Below are positions 10,676 to 23,045 of a stretch of 64,000 bases of DNA, piece by piece. Numbering within the stretch: position 1 is the first letter of the stretch; each line of letters begins with the position of its first letter. This DNA is from Octopus vulgaris (taxonomy: Eukaryota). A program made the position numbers and the translations under genes. The DNA lies in assembly GCA_951406725.2 (NCBI GenBank), contig OX597820.1:37200001-37264000 (forward strand), given 5' to 3'. The notes under the pieces are model-generated. The model ran no database searches. It worked only from the letters and a program-made list of their open reading frames with translations, and was not told the DNA's origin.

Positions 10676-11860
10676 TTGGGTCACCCCATAAACAATGCAT
10701 TTTTTAAAATTCCTTTTTTTATTTCTCAAAATTAAGATACACAAAGCTCTTTTTTAATCTAAACTATACTCTCCTTTATTTTCTACAATGCTGTTCCATC
10801 TAGCTGGTAAACTTGAAAGGCTCCTCTTCCAAAATTCACTTGTCTATGATGAAAAATACTCCTCTAGTATTGTTCTGACTTCGTTTACAGAATTCATATT
10901 TTTTTGTGTCCTGATGATTTTGAAGACTGGAATGAATGATAATCAAATGGGGCAATGTTTGGCGAATATGGTGGGTGGGGCATCATTTCTCATTCAAACT
11001 GCTCCAGCCTTTGGAATGTAATCCTTGCTGTGGCCAAGCATTATCCTGATGGAAGAACAATTTTCATCTTGAAATGAATGATGGCCATTTTACTTCTAGC
11101 ACTGACTTAAGCCACTCTCAAGCTGCTCACAGTGGATCTCTTTACTTATTGTTCAGTTTGGGTTTAAAAGTTCAAAGTGGACTAAACCTTTCATATTCCA
11201 CCAAATATAACAATACTTTATGTGGGTGAAGACCTTCTTTAACCTAGGGTACCAGTGTTTCTCTTTTTCCTACCCACTGTCTTCAGCGCTTGACATTTTT
11301 ATAGAGAACTCATTTCTTGTCATCAGTCACTATTCAGCCCAGAAAAGGTGCATTCATGAGACATGACAGCAAAGAAAAGCACACATTCACTCTCTGCATG
11401 CGATTAGACTTGGTAAGTTTGTGGGGAACCCATTGACCCAATTTGCTGAATTTTCCAATGGCATGTAGGTGTTGATGAATGATTGAATGACCAAATCCAA
11501 GGTTCTCTGCTAGTTCCTCAACAGTTAAGATGGGATTTTGTTCCAGCAGGGTTTGCAGGACATCCTTGTCGAGCTCTACAGATTTTCCTGGATGAGGTTC
11601 GTCTTCGTGGATGTAGTTTCTGGCTCGGAATTTCTGGAACCACCATAGACATTGGCTCATGCTTATTGTCTGAACCCCATACACTGCATTAATATTATTC
11701 GCATTTTCTGTTGCGTTGTTGCATTTATTGAACTCATAAAGCAGAATATGCTCCTTTGTCACTTCCATTACAGCTTTGAAAAAATAAATGCTTAAATCGA
11801 ACTGCACTCTTCAAAACTTGCTCTAAGAATGAGTATCATGGCAAAATTACTACCTGGTAA
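10676..11860 (-). mobile_element. Mariner transposon, degenerate
   Basis: ORF 11334..11807 with HTH region and GQWVPHKLT (WVPHEL motif); downstream fragments disrupted by stops. Confidence 0.9.
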
Positions 11861-11879
11861 TACAAAAATTTAATACTCT

Positions 11880-12090
11880 CCATATTGGAAAATAATATTT
11901 ACTATGAGAAGATAAAACAATACAACCCACAGAAATCACTTAAAAACTTATCCTCCTTACTTCAAATACATGGAAAGGGTCTCACTAAACATGAAATAGA
12001 CTATTTATCCAATTTTAAATACAGTCCTAGGCTATTCTACGGATTACCTAAAATACACAAAAATCCACATATTTGTAAAGCCTGCAAAGT
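11880..12090 (+). mobile_element. Penelope-like RT fragment
   Basis: LTKHEIDYL...FYGLPKIHK motif typical of PLE RT. Confidence 0.7.
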
Positions 12091-12149
12091 TTATCATGCT
12101 GACTTGGGTTGGATTCTTCAACATGATCTGACAAACCAGAGGACTGCTT

Positions 12150-12400
12150 TGGCATTGTTTATGTGGCTGGAAACAGGCACATCAAGAATTGTTAAATTTC
12201 AGGAAGCATGTTCGAAAGATACATTATTCTCACAAATAATACCCAATGCAGATAGGTTATTCCATGATTTGACAATTCTGAGCATGAAAAAATTGTTTCT
12301 GAATGTAGTGGGTGCTATGCTGTTTTTCAATTTATAAGCATGTCCTCAGATGATAGAAGTATTGAATTCAAAAACGTTGTAAAAATGGTGGGTAGTCTTG
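12150..12400 (-). mobile_element. CR1/L2-type LINE 3' fragment
   Basis: Minus translation RGHAYKL...FRNNFFMLRIVKSWNNL. Confidence 0.6.
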
Positions 12401-13690
12401 TGGGCTTATATCAAGGAGGCAACAAGACAAGCTATGGTGCCTGACAGAAGGTAATCATCTGGTTGCAAGTCTCTGAACAGCTTCATGTAGATCAATATTC
12501 TGGACAAGAGATGCAAACTATAAGTGTGGACATAACTATTGAGAGCTGGTAAGCAGCTGACACAGGTCTCATTGAATGATACTAAGACACTTTCAGTCTC
12601 TTTGACGATTTTAGAAATGTGGTTTGTCCAACACAGATTATTGTCAACAATATGAAGGTCAAGTTCAGCAACAGATTTATGGTTGGTTTTATGGAAGATG
12701 TAGATAAAACTCTAGATGTTTTCTTCACAAAATGTTGTGGTGTACTAGTCTACAGCCAAGTTGCATGGCTAATCAGCAACCCATTGCCACATTTTGTTAA
12801 GATGAAATTGCAGGAAAGACCTATAACATAAGGGATGTTCTTTTCATCTCAAAGAAAAGCTTAATGTTGTCTGTATACTTAAACATAGTAACATGCTCCC
12901 AGTTGGCATGTTTAGGTCATCTATGTATACCTCTATACACAAACAGTTTGAGGGATAAAATGCCTTGTGGTATTTAGTAAGGTCTTAATTTTAAATGCCA
13001 GAGGTAAATGTTGCTTTTCATTTTCTAGCATGTGCAGGAGAGCTTTCTTATTTGAAATATGATCTGATTTTTAAGAAACTAATATTTTATATATGTTTTG
13101 TTCCATCTTCATTTAACGTCTGATTACCCTACTGGCATGATTTGGATAGTTTTACAGGATCAAACAAGATGAAGGACTGCATCAAGCTACAATGTCTGCT
13201 ATGGTTCTGGCACTAGAGAAGTCACCAACTGACAAGACAGAAAAAGAAGTCTCTGCAACTGATTGAAGTTGTAGTCAAGAGGAAGTAGCTTTATTCTAGG
13301 AAATATGTTAAGACAGAAACAAGTATTTTGCTACAGAAGAAAAAGATAGTTACCCCACACTATATTTGAGGGTGACAGTAGCTGAAAATAAAGTAAAAAT
13401 GTTGGTGTTGCAAAGTCAGGCTATACCCCAAGGTACAAGAAGTGTAGGAAAAGAGTGGCAGATGGTTAGACACAAGGGTAGAAATAAATGTAGTAAAAGA
13501 TGAGGTATGCATTTTATAATTTTTCTCACATTTAAGTGTTTAGCAACAGTTATGTCACTCAGGAAAAGAAGCATGTACAAATGGAATAAACTCATTCATG
13601 AAGAGAAGCTGTGTACTCAAGTTCTTAAGTATAGTGAAAGAAATAAAAGATAAATATATCTAAATGTAAAATATTTATAAAATTTTGTAT

Positions 13691-15511
13691 GCTGGAGCTG
13701 GATGACAGTCACATATACACACTAAAACCGAGCTTTCGTAAATCTTTTTTTTTTTCTCAGTGGACTCCTAGGTTTTCAATGATGGATATTCCAAACATGC
13801 AAAATATCACGTTTTCAAAATTTTAAATTCCCCCTTCCCATCCTAAAATTTTTTTAATTTTTAACTTTTTGCAAAATTTTTTTTTTTCAATCTAAAAAAT
13901 ACGGAGATTAACAATATGGCAAACAAAAACTTAATTAAATTTCAAATTTTGTATGAAAAACTCCAAATTTGATGCATAAACACTTGCCACCCAGCAGAAA
14001 AGGGTGCACGTGTGCAACAGTCTCCACAGCTCACTGCAAATGAATGACTGAAACAGCATGTTTTACATATCAGAGGTGTGTGGATCAATCTAGGAAGTAT
14101 GTTAAAGATTTTAGTAGACATATGACTGAGAATTATTTAATATTGTGTTTGCTTCTATGAGAATCGTTTACCTTTAAAGCGAAAAAACAAGGCCGACATA
14201 TACGAGTATGTAAAACATGCTGTTTCACTTTTGTTCATTTTCAATGAGCTGTAGAGATTGTTGCACACGCGCACCATTTTTTTGTTGGGTGGCGACTAGT
14301 GTGTGGATCAAATTTGGAGTTTTTCATATAAAATTTGGTCAAGACTTCCACCCAAACCATCCTTTTATTAAAATTTTTTTTTAGACACAAACCCCACCTT
14401 TTCGGCTACGGGGAATACGGATCTGCAAAAAAATTGGCAAAAATCAGTATCTTTAACCCCCCACCCTCCAACCCCATTTATTTCATCTTTCACTTTTTTC
14501 AGAAATTTTTTTTTTAAATATGAGGCAAAATACGCAGATTATGGATTTTTCGGTTTGAACGGCAGTTTTTAACATAATTTCTAGGTAACTAAAAAATTTT
14601 AAACTTCGTACACTGGTAGAATGTATTTATAAAACATCTTTTTCTCTTGGCTTTATTGAGAAAATTCTATAGTTTGTAAGATATTTGTTGTTTTTTTTCT
14701 TCAATTTCTGTAATTTCAACCAATCACTGACGTCTATTGAGGTAAAAAAAACATTCTGTGCCGTATGAATATGTCCCTTGTTTAAGAAACAGATTGAGTT
14801 TATTTACATTTGTGAAGAAAAAAAGATACCCTTCCCCCCAACTCTAACTAACCCTAACCCTAAATTGAAATGCAATAGATCGATACTAAGGTCATAATTA
14901 TGGGTGACAATTTCATATGACACCGCTAGAAAAAACTGCCGTTCAAACCGAAAAGATCCGAGATTATGATATGATTCTGAAAAAAATTTCCAAAAATTTT
15001 TGTAAAATGTTTTTTAAGATTTTTGTTTTTCTAAATATGCGGAAAAATACGGACATTATGATTCGGACAAAAATTTCAAAACATTTCTGTAGTTACGGTT
15101 AGGGTTAGTGTTGGGGGAAAAGGTCAAAGAATTTTGGGGAGGGAATTTAACAATGTCAATTTTTGACAAATTTCCGGAACTTCCGTATCCGAAAACGGAG
15201 GTTTTTTGGCAAAAATAAATAAACAAATTTGAGAGAAAATGGAGGGGAGGACGGGCGGAAGCCTTACCAAAATTTGAAATTAATTAATTTTTTGTTTGCC
15301 ATATTGTTAATCTCCGTATATTTTCACATAGATTGTAAAAGAAAATTCGAAAAAAGTTAAAAATGAAAAAATTTGATGGGAGGAGGAATTAAAAATTTTG
15401 AAAACGTGATCTTTTGCATATTCGGAATCTCTGTCATCGAAAACCTTGGAATCCGCTGAGAAAAAAAAATTCCGAAAGGTCGAGGGGGAGGGTGACTCGT
15501 CCAGCTCCACC
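13691..15511. mobile_element. Nested MITE complex upstream of the ZNF3 promoter (Merlin-type ends)
   Basis: Outer TIR G(C)TGGAGCTGGA / TCCAGCTCCACC with TSD TTTTGTAT/TTTCGTTT and an empty site near 5392. Inner elements at about 13951-14329, about 14337-15268, and 14543-14959 (TIR GGAT(C/T)TTTCGGTTTGAACGGCAG, TSD CAGATTAT/GAGATTAT). Confidence 0.8.
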
Positions 15512-16084
15512 TTTCGTTTTTGTGTCTAGACACGACAAAATTTTTAAAATTTATCTCACATTTTGGTGTAGCATTATTTAATTTTTTAGCAACACATTCA
15601 AATCACACTCAACTGTCATAAAAACAAGGGCACGGGAAAATTCCGTCACAAGATACCCTTCTAAAAAATAAGTCGAGATTGTCATGTGAAAAGTGCATCT
15701 GGAACTTTCAACGTCGCTACAAATAGCAGTCTCTTAGCATCGTTGAGGGTGTCTCAAAACACAAAACTTCTATCGCACAGACTGGATTTGGTCTTCGGAA
15801 TGAGACAGTACTTCCACGCTAACAGAAATTTTGGAAAACTCAGTTGGGTCCCAAAATAATGTACTACTATTACATCTTTCCAACCCACTTGTAATCTCAA
15901 GTTGGTTGCCAAACTCCAGTTCATACGCATGCTGTTTTTTCACTGACTTTTCTGACTTTATTCATCTAGTCATCCATTTTCTCCACATTAGTATAACTGC
16001 ACCATTATTCACTTCACTCAGTCCTTTCTGAAAAAGCCAACCCACTTCAATTGCTCATAGATCTGAACAAAATTGTTGCTGCGA

Positions 16085-16387
16085 AACAAGATACTTATAA
16101 ACAACTCTTTATTGATGAGAGGTAGTTTTATTCCTATGCGATCAAGGACACTTCCGGTTTATTCTTGACTTTGCTGTGTTCGTTTATATCGTAGATATAT
16201 TGTTATTTCTTTATACATATTTACATTGTATGAGTAATAATTAAGTACTGATTGTAATTAACTTAACAGAATAATTCATTAACCAGATTAAGACAGAGAT
16301 ATCCTGAATGAAGTAAAAAGTTCTGTCCAGTTTATCAATTTCAAGTTTGACCACTTCAATTGTCTCATCTTATAGCTACATTTTTAT
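16085..16387 (+). promoter_or_regulatory. Putative promoter and exon 1 of ZNF3
   Basis: CACTTCCGGT at 16149-16158 and donor GTAAGC at 16388; paralogous to 6330-6636. Confidence 0.6.
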
Positions 16388-16846
16388 GTAAGCATGATTT
16401 ATATTTAATTTACGTCATTTTATTGAAAAATCTCTTTTATATTTACATTTCTACTTCCTCCACTACTTCTGTTTCCTACAGGATCCTACTTTCTTTTATT
16501 TACTTCTTTCTTGTGTATTTCATCTAAACACCGTAATTAATTCAAATTTCTGGAAATTACTAATATTTACGGACGTAACCAAACAGCTTTTGCTAAACGG
16601 TGGCGGAACAAACATAGACACAAACACACATACTTTTCTGTACTTTGCAGCTATTGCACAAATCGTTAGGCTTGCTTACTCAGTATTAACTGCAAAAATA
16701 AGCTCAAATCTTTTGGTAATGTGCTATACGTTCTGTCTCACTTTTAAATTGTATATATTATCATCATTTTCTTTTAACGTCCACTTTTTTCAAAGCTTAC
16801 ATGGCTCACACAAAATGTGTTGAAGTAGATTTTATACGGCCGGATA

Positions 16847-17567
16847 GGTAATCTTTCAACATTTGGTGGTTAAATAAGTAAATTAAAGGGGAGATAATTA
16901 GGTTATCGTTCTTTTCATCGAAATCATTCTCCAAAATAGGTTCTCATTGTTTACTTACACTGAAATATATTCTCCCATTCTTTACTTTCGAAATGGCACG
17001 TGGAAGACCAGCTGCACGGCAATTCATTGTTCCTAAACTTGAAGTCCTCAACCCTGAGTCAATTTTGTAAATTAAGTAAAGCAGAAGACAAAATTCTTCA
17101 GTGGCTGGCACGTCGTCGACTAATTATGAATATGTAAATTTGGGAAAATTGTAATTGATTATGTGGCCTCACTACATGTGGTGACTGTATGAATGTAAAA
17201 ACCTATGTCTGTAAGCTCTGTAAAAGGAAGAAATCAATTCGTCACTGTTCATTCTTCGAAAGAAGCCATATTTCATTCTACAAGTGTTGCTCATTTATTG
17301 TCGGGCACGCGATATGTCACAAGAAGATATTATGAATGAGTGTTCATTGACAACCGACTACTGCAGTAGATTTGTGTAATTTTTGCCGTGAAGTCTGTGA
17401 TATATGACTTCAGCAAAACCCAGTGGAACCAAAGAATACTTTTGTTAACTTTTTGTTGGTTCTAGCCAATGTTTACGTTGTTTAACAGTAAGTTGACTTA
17501 TTTATCTCCCCTTCTTATTTCCCATTTCTTTTTTATCACTTTAATTACCAGATACAGAAAGATTACC
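16847..17567 (+). mobile_element. Internally deleted Merlin (IS1595-like) transposon
   Basis: TIR GGTAATCTTTC / GAAAGATTACC; perfect 9-bp TSD GGCCGGATA; relic peptides SFFERSHIS and TAVDLCNFCREVC. Confidence 0.8.
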
Positions 17568-18248
17568 GGCCGGATATTATTGCTGTTGCAAACCATCTCT
17601 TTCCAAGCAGTCAAATTTCCCCAAGGCCAAACGTCTTTCACGGAAGACGAAGTTCACTCATGTGAGAATGATGCCTGTTTATAATCACATAATCTCAAGA
17701 GCAGGAATGATATATAGACACTCACACACAAATATGCAACTGGCTTCTTTCAGTTTCCATTCACTTGCCCAAAGGGTTGTCTAATAGGAGTGAAACAGAG
17801 ATGCCATGCAAAGGAAGTGAACCCAAGACCTTGTGAGTTTGAAAATAGGCTTCTGAACCACAGCTATATACTGTTTACTTTTTTCAATCCAAGTGTGAAG
17901 TAATCTGTTTTAGATCTATTATGGTGTAGATAGTAAGGAAGATGAGAACAAGTGATGTAGACTGAGAGCAACAACCAAAGTTTGGGGTGAATGTAGTAAT
18001 CAGTTTTGCAGTTATTGTGGGGTACATATGTATCTTTGGTGCCTTGGATCAAGTGGAGGATTAAATGATTTTTGAATGTTTTTAGACCAAACTATTGTGA
18101 CCTGTAGTCATCTGTGTCTTTATGCCAAGATGCACTTCATTGTGTCTTTTGCCTTTACATATATGTTTTGGCTGTTTCTAGTTATTCCAATAATCTTTAT
18201 GTTAATACTTCATTGTCCCTAATGTATGATGTTGCATTTCTATTTCAG

Positions 18249-18330
18249 GTTATCTGATGACATTGAAATAAAAATATTTCACTGATGAGAATCAACCTTT
18301 TAAGAATAGAAATAACTTAATCAATCTGAA
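18249..18330 (+). other. Predicted non-coding exon 2 of ZNF3 (coding exon starts about 18571)
   Basis: TTTCAG|GTTATCTGATGAC acceptor; donor GTCAGC at 18331; next acceptor AACAG at 18570. Confidence 0.55.
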
Positions 18331-18621
18331 GTCAGCCCATTTTGGCAACGCTTGATTTAATGGATGAGAAAAACTTGCTTGCAATTTAGATTGTGCAAAA
18401 ATTTTTACTCTGTTATTTATTGAAAGATTCTATGTACAGATTAAACTTTGAAGATATGTCTTGTGCACCGGCTATATTTCTTTAAGTGGAGCAGATTTAG
18501 CAATCTTTTGGTCATTGGATATTGGTTACTAGATTCAATCCTAATAAATCTACTTGAGATTCTTTAACAGCAAAAATATCATCACACTTTGTTAAAGATA
18601 TAAGAAAAAAGATTAAAAGAT

Positions 18622-20703
18622 ATGGAAAAAAATGCAGAGCCTGAAACTATTGATTCCCCTACTCATCACACAGAGGAAAATACAGAAGAGAAATTGCATT
18701 CATGTGATTCACGTGAGGAATTATTCACAAGAAAGGATTTAATTCAGCATCAGTCAATTCACTCAGTCTCAAAGCTGTATAACTGTGAAGTTTGTGGAAA
18801 GACATTTACAAGCAGTACTTTGTTGACTAGCCACAAAGATATCCACAATGGAGAAAAATTATACCAATGTTACATGTGTGATGAAAAGTTTTCAACAAAG
18901 GACAATTTGTCATCTCACACATGTATTCAAACGGCAGAAAGACCATACCGCTGTGATATCTGTGGTAAAACATTTTGTAGAAGTGGTCAGTTATCTTCCC
19001 ATAAATTTATTCATTCTGGAGAGAGACCATACCATTGTGATATCTGTGGTCAAACATTTTGTAGAAGTGGTCAATTGTCTTCCCATAAACATATTCATTC
19101 AAGGGAGAGACCATACCATTGTGATATCTGTGGTCTAACATTTTCTAGTAGTGGTCATTTGATTAACCACAAACGCATCCACACTGAAGAAAGGCCATAC
19201 AACTGTGATATTTGTGATAAAACATTTTCTAGAATTAGTGAATTATCTTCCCACAAACGTATTCACATGGGTGAAAGACAATACCGCTGTCATATCTGTG
19301 ACAAAATATTTTCTAACAGAACTGATTTGTCTTCTCATAAGCATATTCACTCAGGAGGACGAATATACCACTGTGATATCTGTGATAAAACATTCTCTCA
19401 AAGAGGTATTTTATCTCAACATCAGCGCATTCATACAGGAGAGAAACCATACCAGTGTGATATTTGCAATAAAAAATTTTCTTCAAATAGTAATTTGTCC
19501 TCCCACAAACGTACTCACACTGGCGAAAGACCCTACAGTTGTGATTTCTGTGGTAAAAGTTTCCCTCGACGTGCACATTTATTTCAACACAAGAATACGC
19601 ACACAAGAGAAAAACATTTTCATTGTGATATTTGTGATAAAATGTTTTCTTCGGAACAGTATTTAACTCGACACAAATGTATTCGTACAGAAGAGAAATC
19701 ACATTCATCTGGGGAATTATTCGAAAGAAAGGATTTAATTCGGCATCAGTCAATTCACTCAGTCTCAAAGCTATATAACTGTGAAGTTTGTGGAAAGACA
19801 TTTACAAGCAGTACTTTGTTGACTAGCCACAAAGATATCCACAATGGAGAAAAATTATACCAATGTTACATGTGTGATGAAAAGTTTTCAACAAAGGACA
19901 ATTTGTCATCTCACACATGTATTCAAACGGCAGAAAGACCATACCACTGTGATATCTGTGGTAAAACATTTTCTAGAAGTGGTCAGTTGTCTTCCCATAA
20001 ATATATTCATTCAAGTGAGAGACCATACCATTGTGATATCTGTGGTCTAACATTTTCTAGTAGTGGTCATTTGATTAACCACAAACGCATCCACACTGAA
20101 GAAAGGCCATACAACTGTGATATTTGTGATAAAACATTTTCTAGAATTAGTGAATTATCTTCCCACAAACGTATTCACTTGGGTGAAAGACAATATCGCT
20201 GTCATATCTGTAATAAGATATTTTCTAAAAGAACTGATTTGTCTTCTCATAAACATACTCACTCAGGAGGACGAATATACCACTGTGATATCTGTGATAC
20301 AACATTCTCTCAAAGTGGAAGTTTGTCTCGACATCAGCGCATTCATACAGGAGAGAAGCCATACCAGTGTGATATTTGTAAGAAAAGATTTTCTACTAGC
20401 AGTTGTTTGTCTGCCCACAAACGTACTCACACTGGAGAAAGACCGTACTGTTGTGATATCTGTGGTAAAAGTTTCACTCAGAGTGCACATTTATTTCAAC
20501 ACAAGCATACTCATTCAGGAGAAAGACAGTTCCATTGTGATATTTGTGGTAAAATGTTTTCTACAAATCAAAATTTAGCTCGACACAAATGTATTCGTAC
20601 AGAAGAGAAAGCATACCACTGTGATATCTGTGATGAAACATTTTCGACTAGGGGTCGTTTATCTTCGCACATACGTATTCATACAGGAGAAAGACCATCA
20701 TAA
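18622..20703 (+). CDS. C2H2 zinc-finger protein, paralog 3 (ZNF3; internally duplicated, 22 fingers)
   Basis: 693-aa ORF made of two copies of the array joined at RTEEK|SHSSGELF. The first half also has a duplicated finger 3 and lacks finger 11. Confidence 0.95.
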   Translation: MEKNAEPETIDSPTHHTEENTEEKLHSCDSREELFTRKDLIQHQSIHSVSKLYNCEVCGKTFTSSTLLTSHKDIHNGEKLYQCYMCDEKFSTKDNLSSHTCIQTAERPYRCDICGKTFCRSGQLSSHKFIHSGERPYHCDICGQTFCRSGQLSSHKHIHSRERPYHCDICGLTFSSSGHLINHKRIHTEERPYNCDICDKTFSRISELSSHKRIHMGERQYRCHICDKIFSNRTDLSSHKHIHSGGRIYHCDICDKTFSQRGILSQHQRIHTGEKPYQCDICNKKFSSNSNLSSHKRTHTGERPYSCDFCGKSFPRRAHLFQHKNTHTREKHFHCDICDKMFSSEQYLTRHKCIRTEEKSHSSGELFERKDLIRHQSIHSVSKLYNCEVCGKTFTSSTLLTSHKDIHNGEKLYQCYMCDEKFSTKDNLSSHTCIQTAERPYHCDICGKTFSRSGQLSSHKYIHSSERPYHCDICGLTFSSSGHLINHKRIHTEERPYNCDICDKTFSRISELSSHKRIHLGERQYRCHICNKIFSKRTDLSSHKHTHSGGRIYHCDICDTTFSQSGSLSRHQRIHTGEKPYQCDICKKRFSTSSCLSAHKRTHTGERPYCCDICGKSFTQSAHLFQHKHTHSGERQFHCDICGKMFSTNQNLARHKCIRTEEKAYHCDICDETFSTRGRLSSHIRIHTGERPS

Positions 20704-20846
20704 CATTAAGATTTCTGTTATAAAGCCATTGTCACAAAGTAGTTTATTTTCACAAAAATATATTTACTGAGGGGAAAGAGAGACCATACCTTTGTGATAT
20801 CTACTGTGAAACGAGAGGAAATTTTTACTCACTATATATATATATA

Positions 20847-20881
<35 letters not shown>

Positions 20882-21289
20882 GCATACTCACATAGGAAAT
20901 AAACCATAGCCATATATATTGTAACATTTTTTTTTAACTAACAGCATATTTTATAATAAATGTATTTTGTTAACACAACACTGTGATAACAATGTTTTAT
21001 ATCCTTTATTTCATACTAACAGTTTAACTTAGACTGCATTACATTCATTATATACACTGTTTGACCAGGTGAATATTTCATAGTTATTGTTACTGTTAAC
21101 AACCTGCAAAAACATCCCTACCTACTTTGTATACCTTCATTTCTACACATATCCTCTTATATTGAACATAATAATATCCACTGTTAAACTACATGTAAAG
21201 TTATGCTTTATCGTCTTTAGATTCGTAAACTATTGACCATTCCTTCAAATTTAAACTTGTTTGCTTCTCAGTATATCTTTACTATTTAC

Positions 21290-23045
21290 CATCATCATCG
21301 TTTAACGTCCGCTTTCCATGCTAGCATGGGTTGGACGGTTCAACTGGGGTCTGGGAAGCCCGAAGGCTGCACCAGGCCAGTCAGATCTGGCGGTGTTTCT
21401 ACAGCTGGATGCCCTTCCTGACGCCAACCACTCCGTGAGTGTAGTGGGTGCTTTTTATGTGCCACCGACACAGGTGCCAGACAAGGCTGGCGAACAGCCA
21501 CGCTCGGATGGTGTTTTTTACGTGCCACTGGCATGGAGGCCAGGCGGGGCTGGCACGGCCATGATCAGATGGTGTTTGTTACGTGCCACCAGCACGGAGG
21601 CCAGTCGATGCGGTGCTGGCTACAGCCACGTACGAATGGTTCTCTTATGTGCCACCGGCACTGGTACCACAAACTACAAATTCCATTGATGTGGATTGAT
21701 TTTGATTTTCACTTGCCTCAACAGGTCTTCACAAGTAGAGTTATGTGTCCCAAGAAGGAAGGTATGCACAGGTGGACTGACTACGTCCCAGGTAGGGGCC
21801 ACGGGTTATAGCCTCACTTGTCCTGCTGGGTCTTCTCACACACAGCATACTTCCAAAGGTCTCGGTCTCTGGTCATTTCCTCGGTGAGACCTAAAGAGCG
21901 AAGGTCGTGTTTCACCACCTCTTCCACAGGTTCCTTCACCACTAGGGTGCGGCACTTTTTCACACAACTATCTTCATCCATTCTTACCACGTGTCCATAC
22001 CAGCGTAGACGTCTCTCTTGCACACCACATCTGATGCTTCTTAGGTCCAACTTTTCTCTCAAGGCACTTATACTCTGTCAGGTATGAACACTGACATTAC
22101 ACATCCATCGGAGCATACTGGCTTCATTTCTTGCGAGCTTACACATATCCTCAGCAGTCACGGCCCATGTTTCACTGCCATGTAGCATGGCTGTTCATAC
22201 ACAAATGCGTCATACAGTCTGCCTTTTACTGAGCGAGAGGCCTTTTGTCACCAGCAGAAGTAAGAGCTCTTTGAACTTTGCCCAGGCTGTTCTTACTCTA
22301 GCAGTTACACTTTCGGCACACCCACCCCCACTACTGACTTGATCACCTAGATAACAGAAACTATCAACTATTCCTAGTTTTTCTCCCTGGAATGTGGCGG
22401 AAGACGGTCTCTGCGCATTTTCAGTGTTTATTGCACCAGAGCATCTGCCACATACAAAAACTATATTCCTAGTTAGCCTTCCTTTGACATTGCTGCACCT
22501 CTTATGTGTCCATAGCTTACACTTGGTGCATCTTATAGAGTTCCTACCTACGCCTTTTCTACAGATCGAGCAGGGCCATCTACCTGAAGGCGTTTGAGAT
22601 TTGTCTACCTTCCTACTTATTAGGACTTTGGTTTTAGCTAGATTGACTCTAAGGCCCTTTGATTCTAATCCTTGCTTCCACACCTGAAACTTCTCAAGTT
22701 CTGATAATGATTCAGCAATTAGAGCAAGGTCATCAGCATAGAGGAGCTCCCAGGGGTATCCTGTCTTGAATTCCTCCGTTATTGCCTGGAGGACTATGAT
22801 AAATAGGAGGGGGCTGAGGACTGAGCCTTGGTGGACCCCAACCTCCACCCGGAATTCTTCACTGTGCTCGCTGCCAACCCTCACCTTACTAACAGCGTCC
22901 CTGTACATGGCACGCACAGCTCTCACTAACCATTCATCTATCCCTAGTTTCCTCATTGACCACCAGATAAGGCAACGGGGGACCCTGTCAAAGGCTTTCT
23001 CCAAGTCAACGAAAGCCAAGTACAGAGTTTTATCTTTGGCTAGGT
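21290..23045 (-). mobile_element. Young 5'-truncated RTE LINE
   Basis: RT motifs FVDLEKAFD, VHQGSVLSPLLF and LLYADD, plus a PHD-like Cys/His insert and a (TGA)n tail; absent at the paralogous site about 9730-9760. Confidence 0.95.

Noticed and set aside
11885-12337. 150-aa ORF as a host gene
   Set aside because: Chance fusion of a PLE fragment and the antisense strand of a CR1-like fragment, with a non-ATG start.
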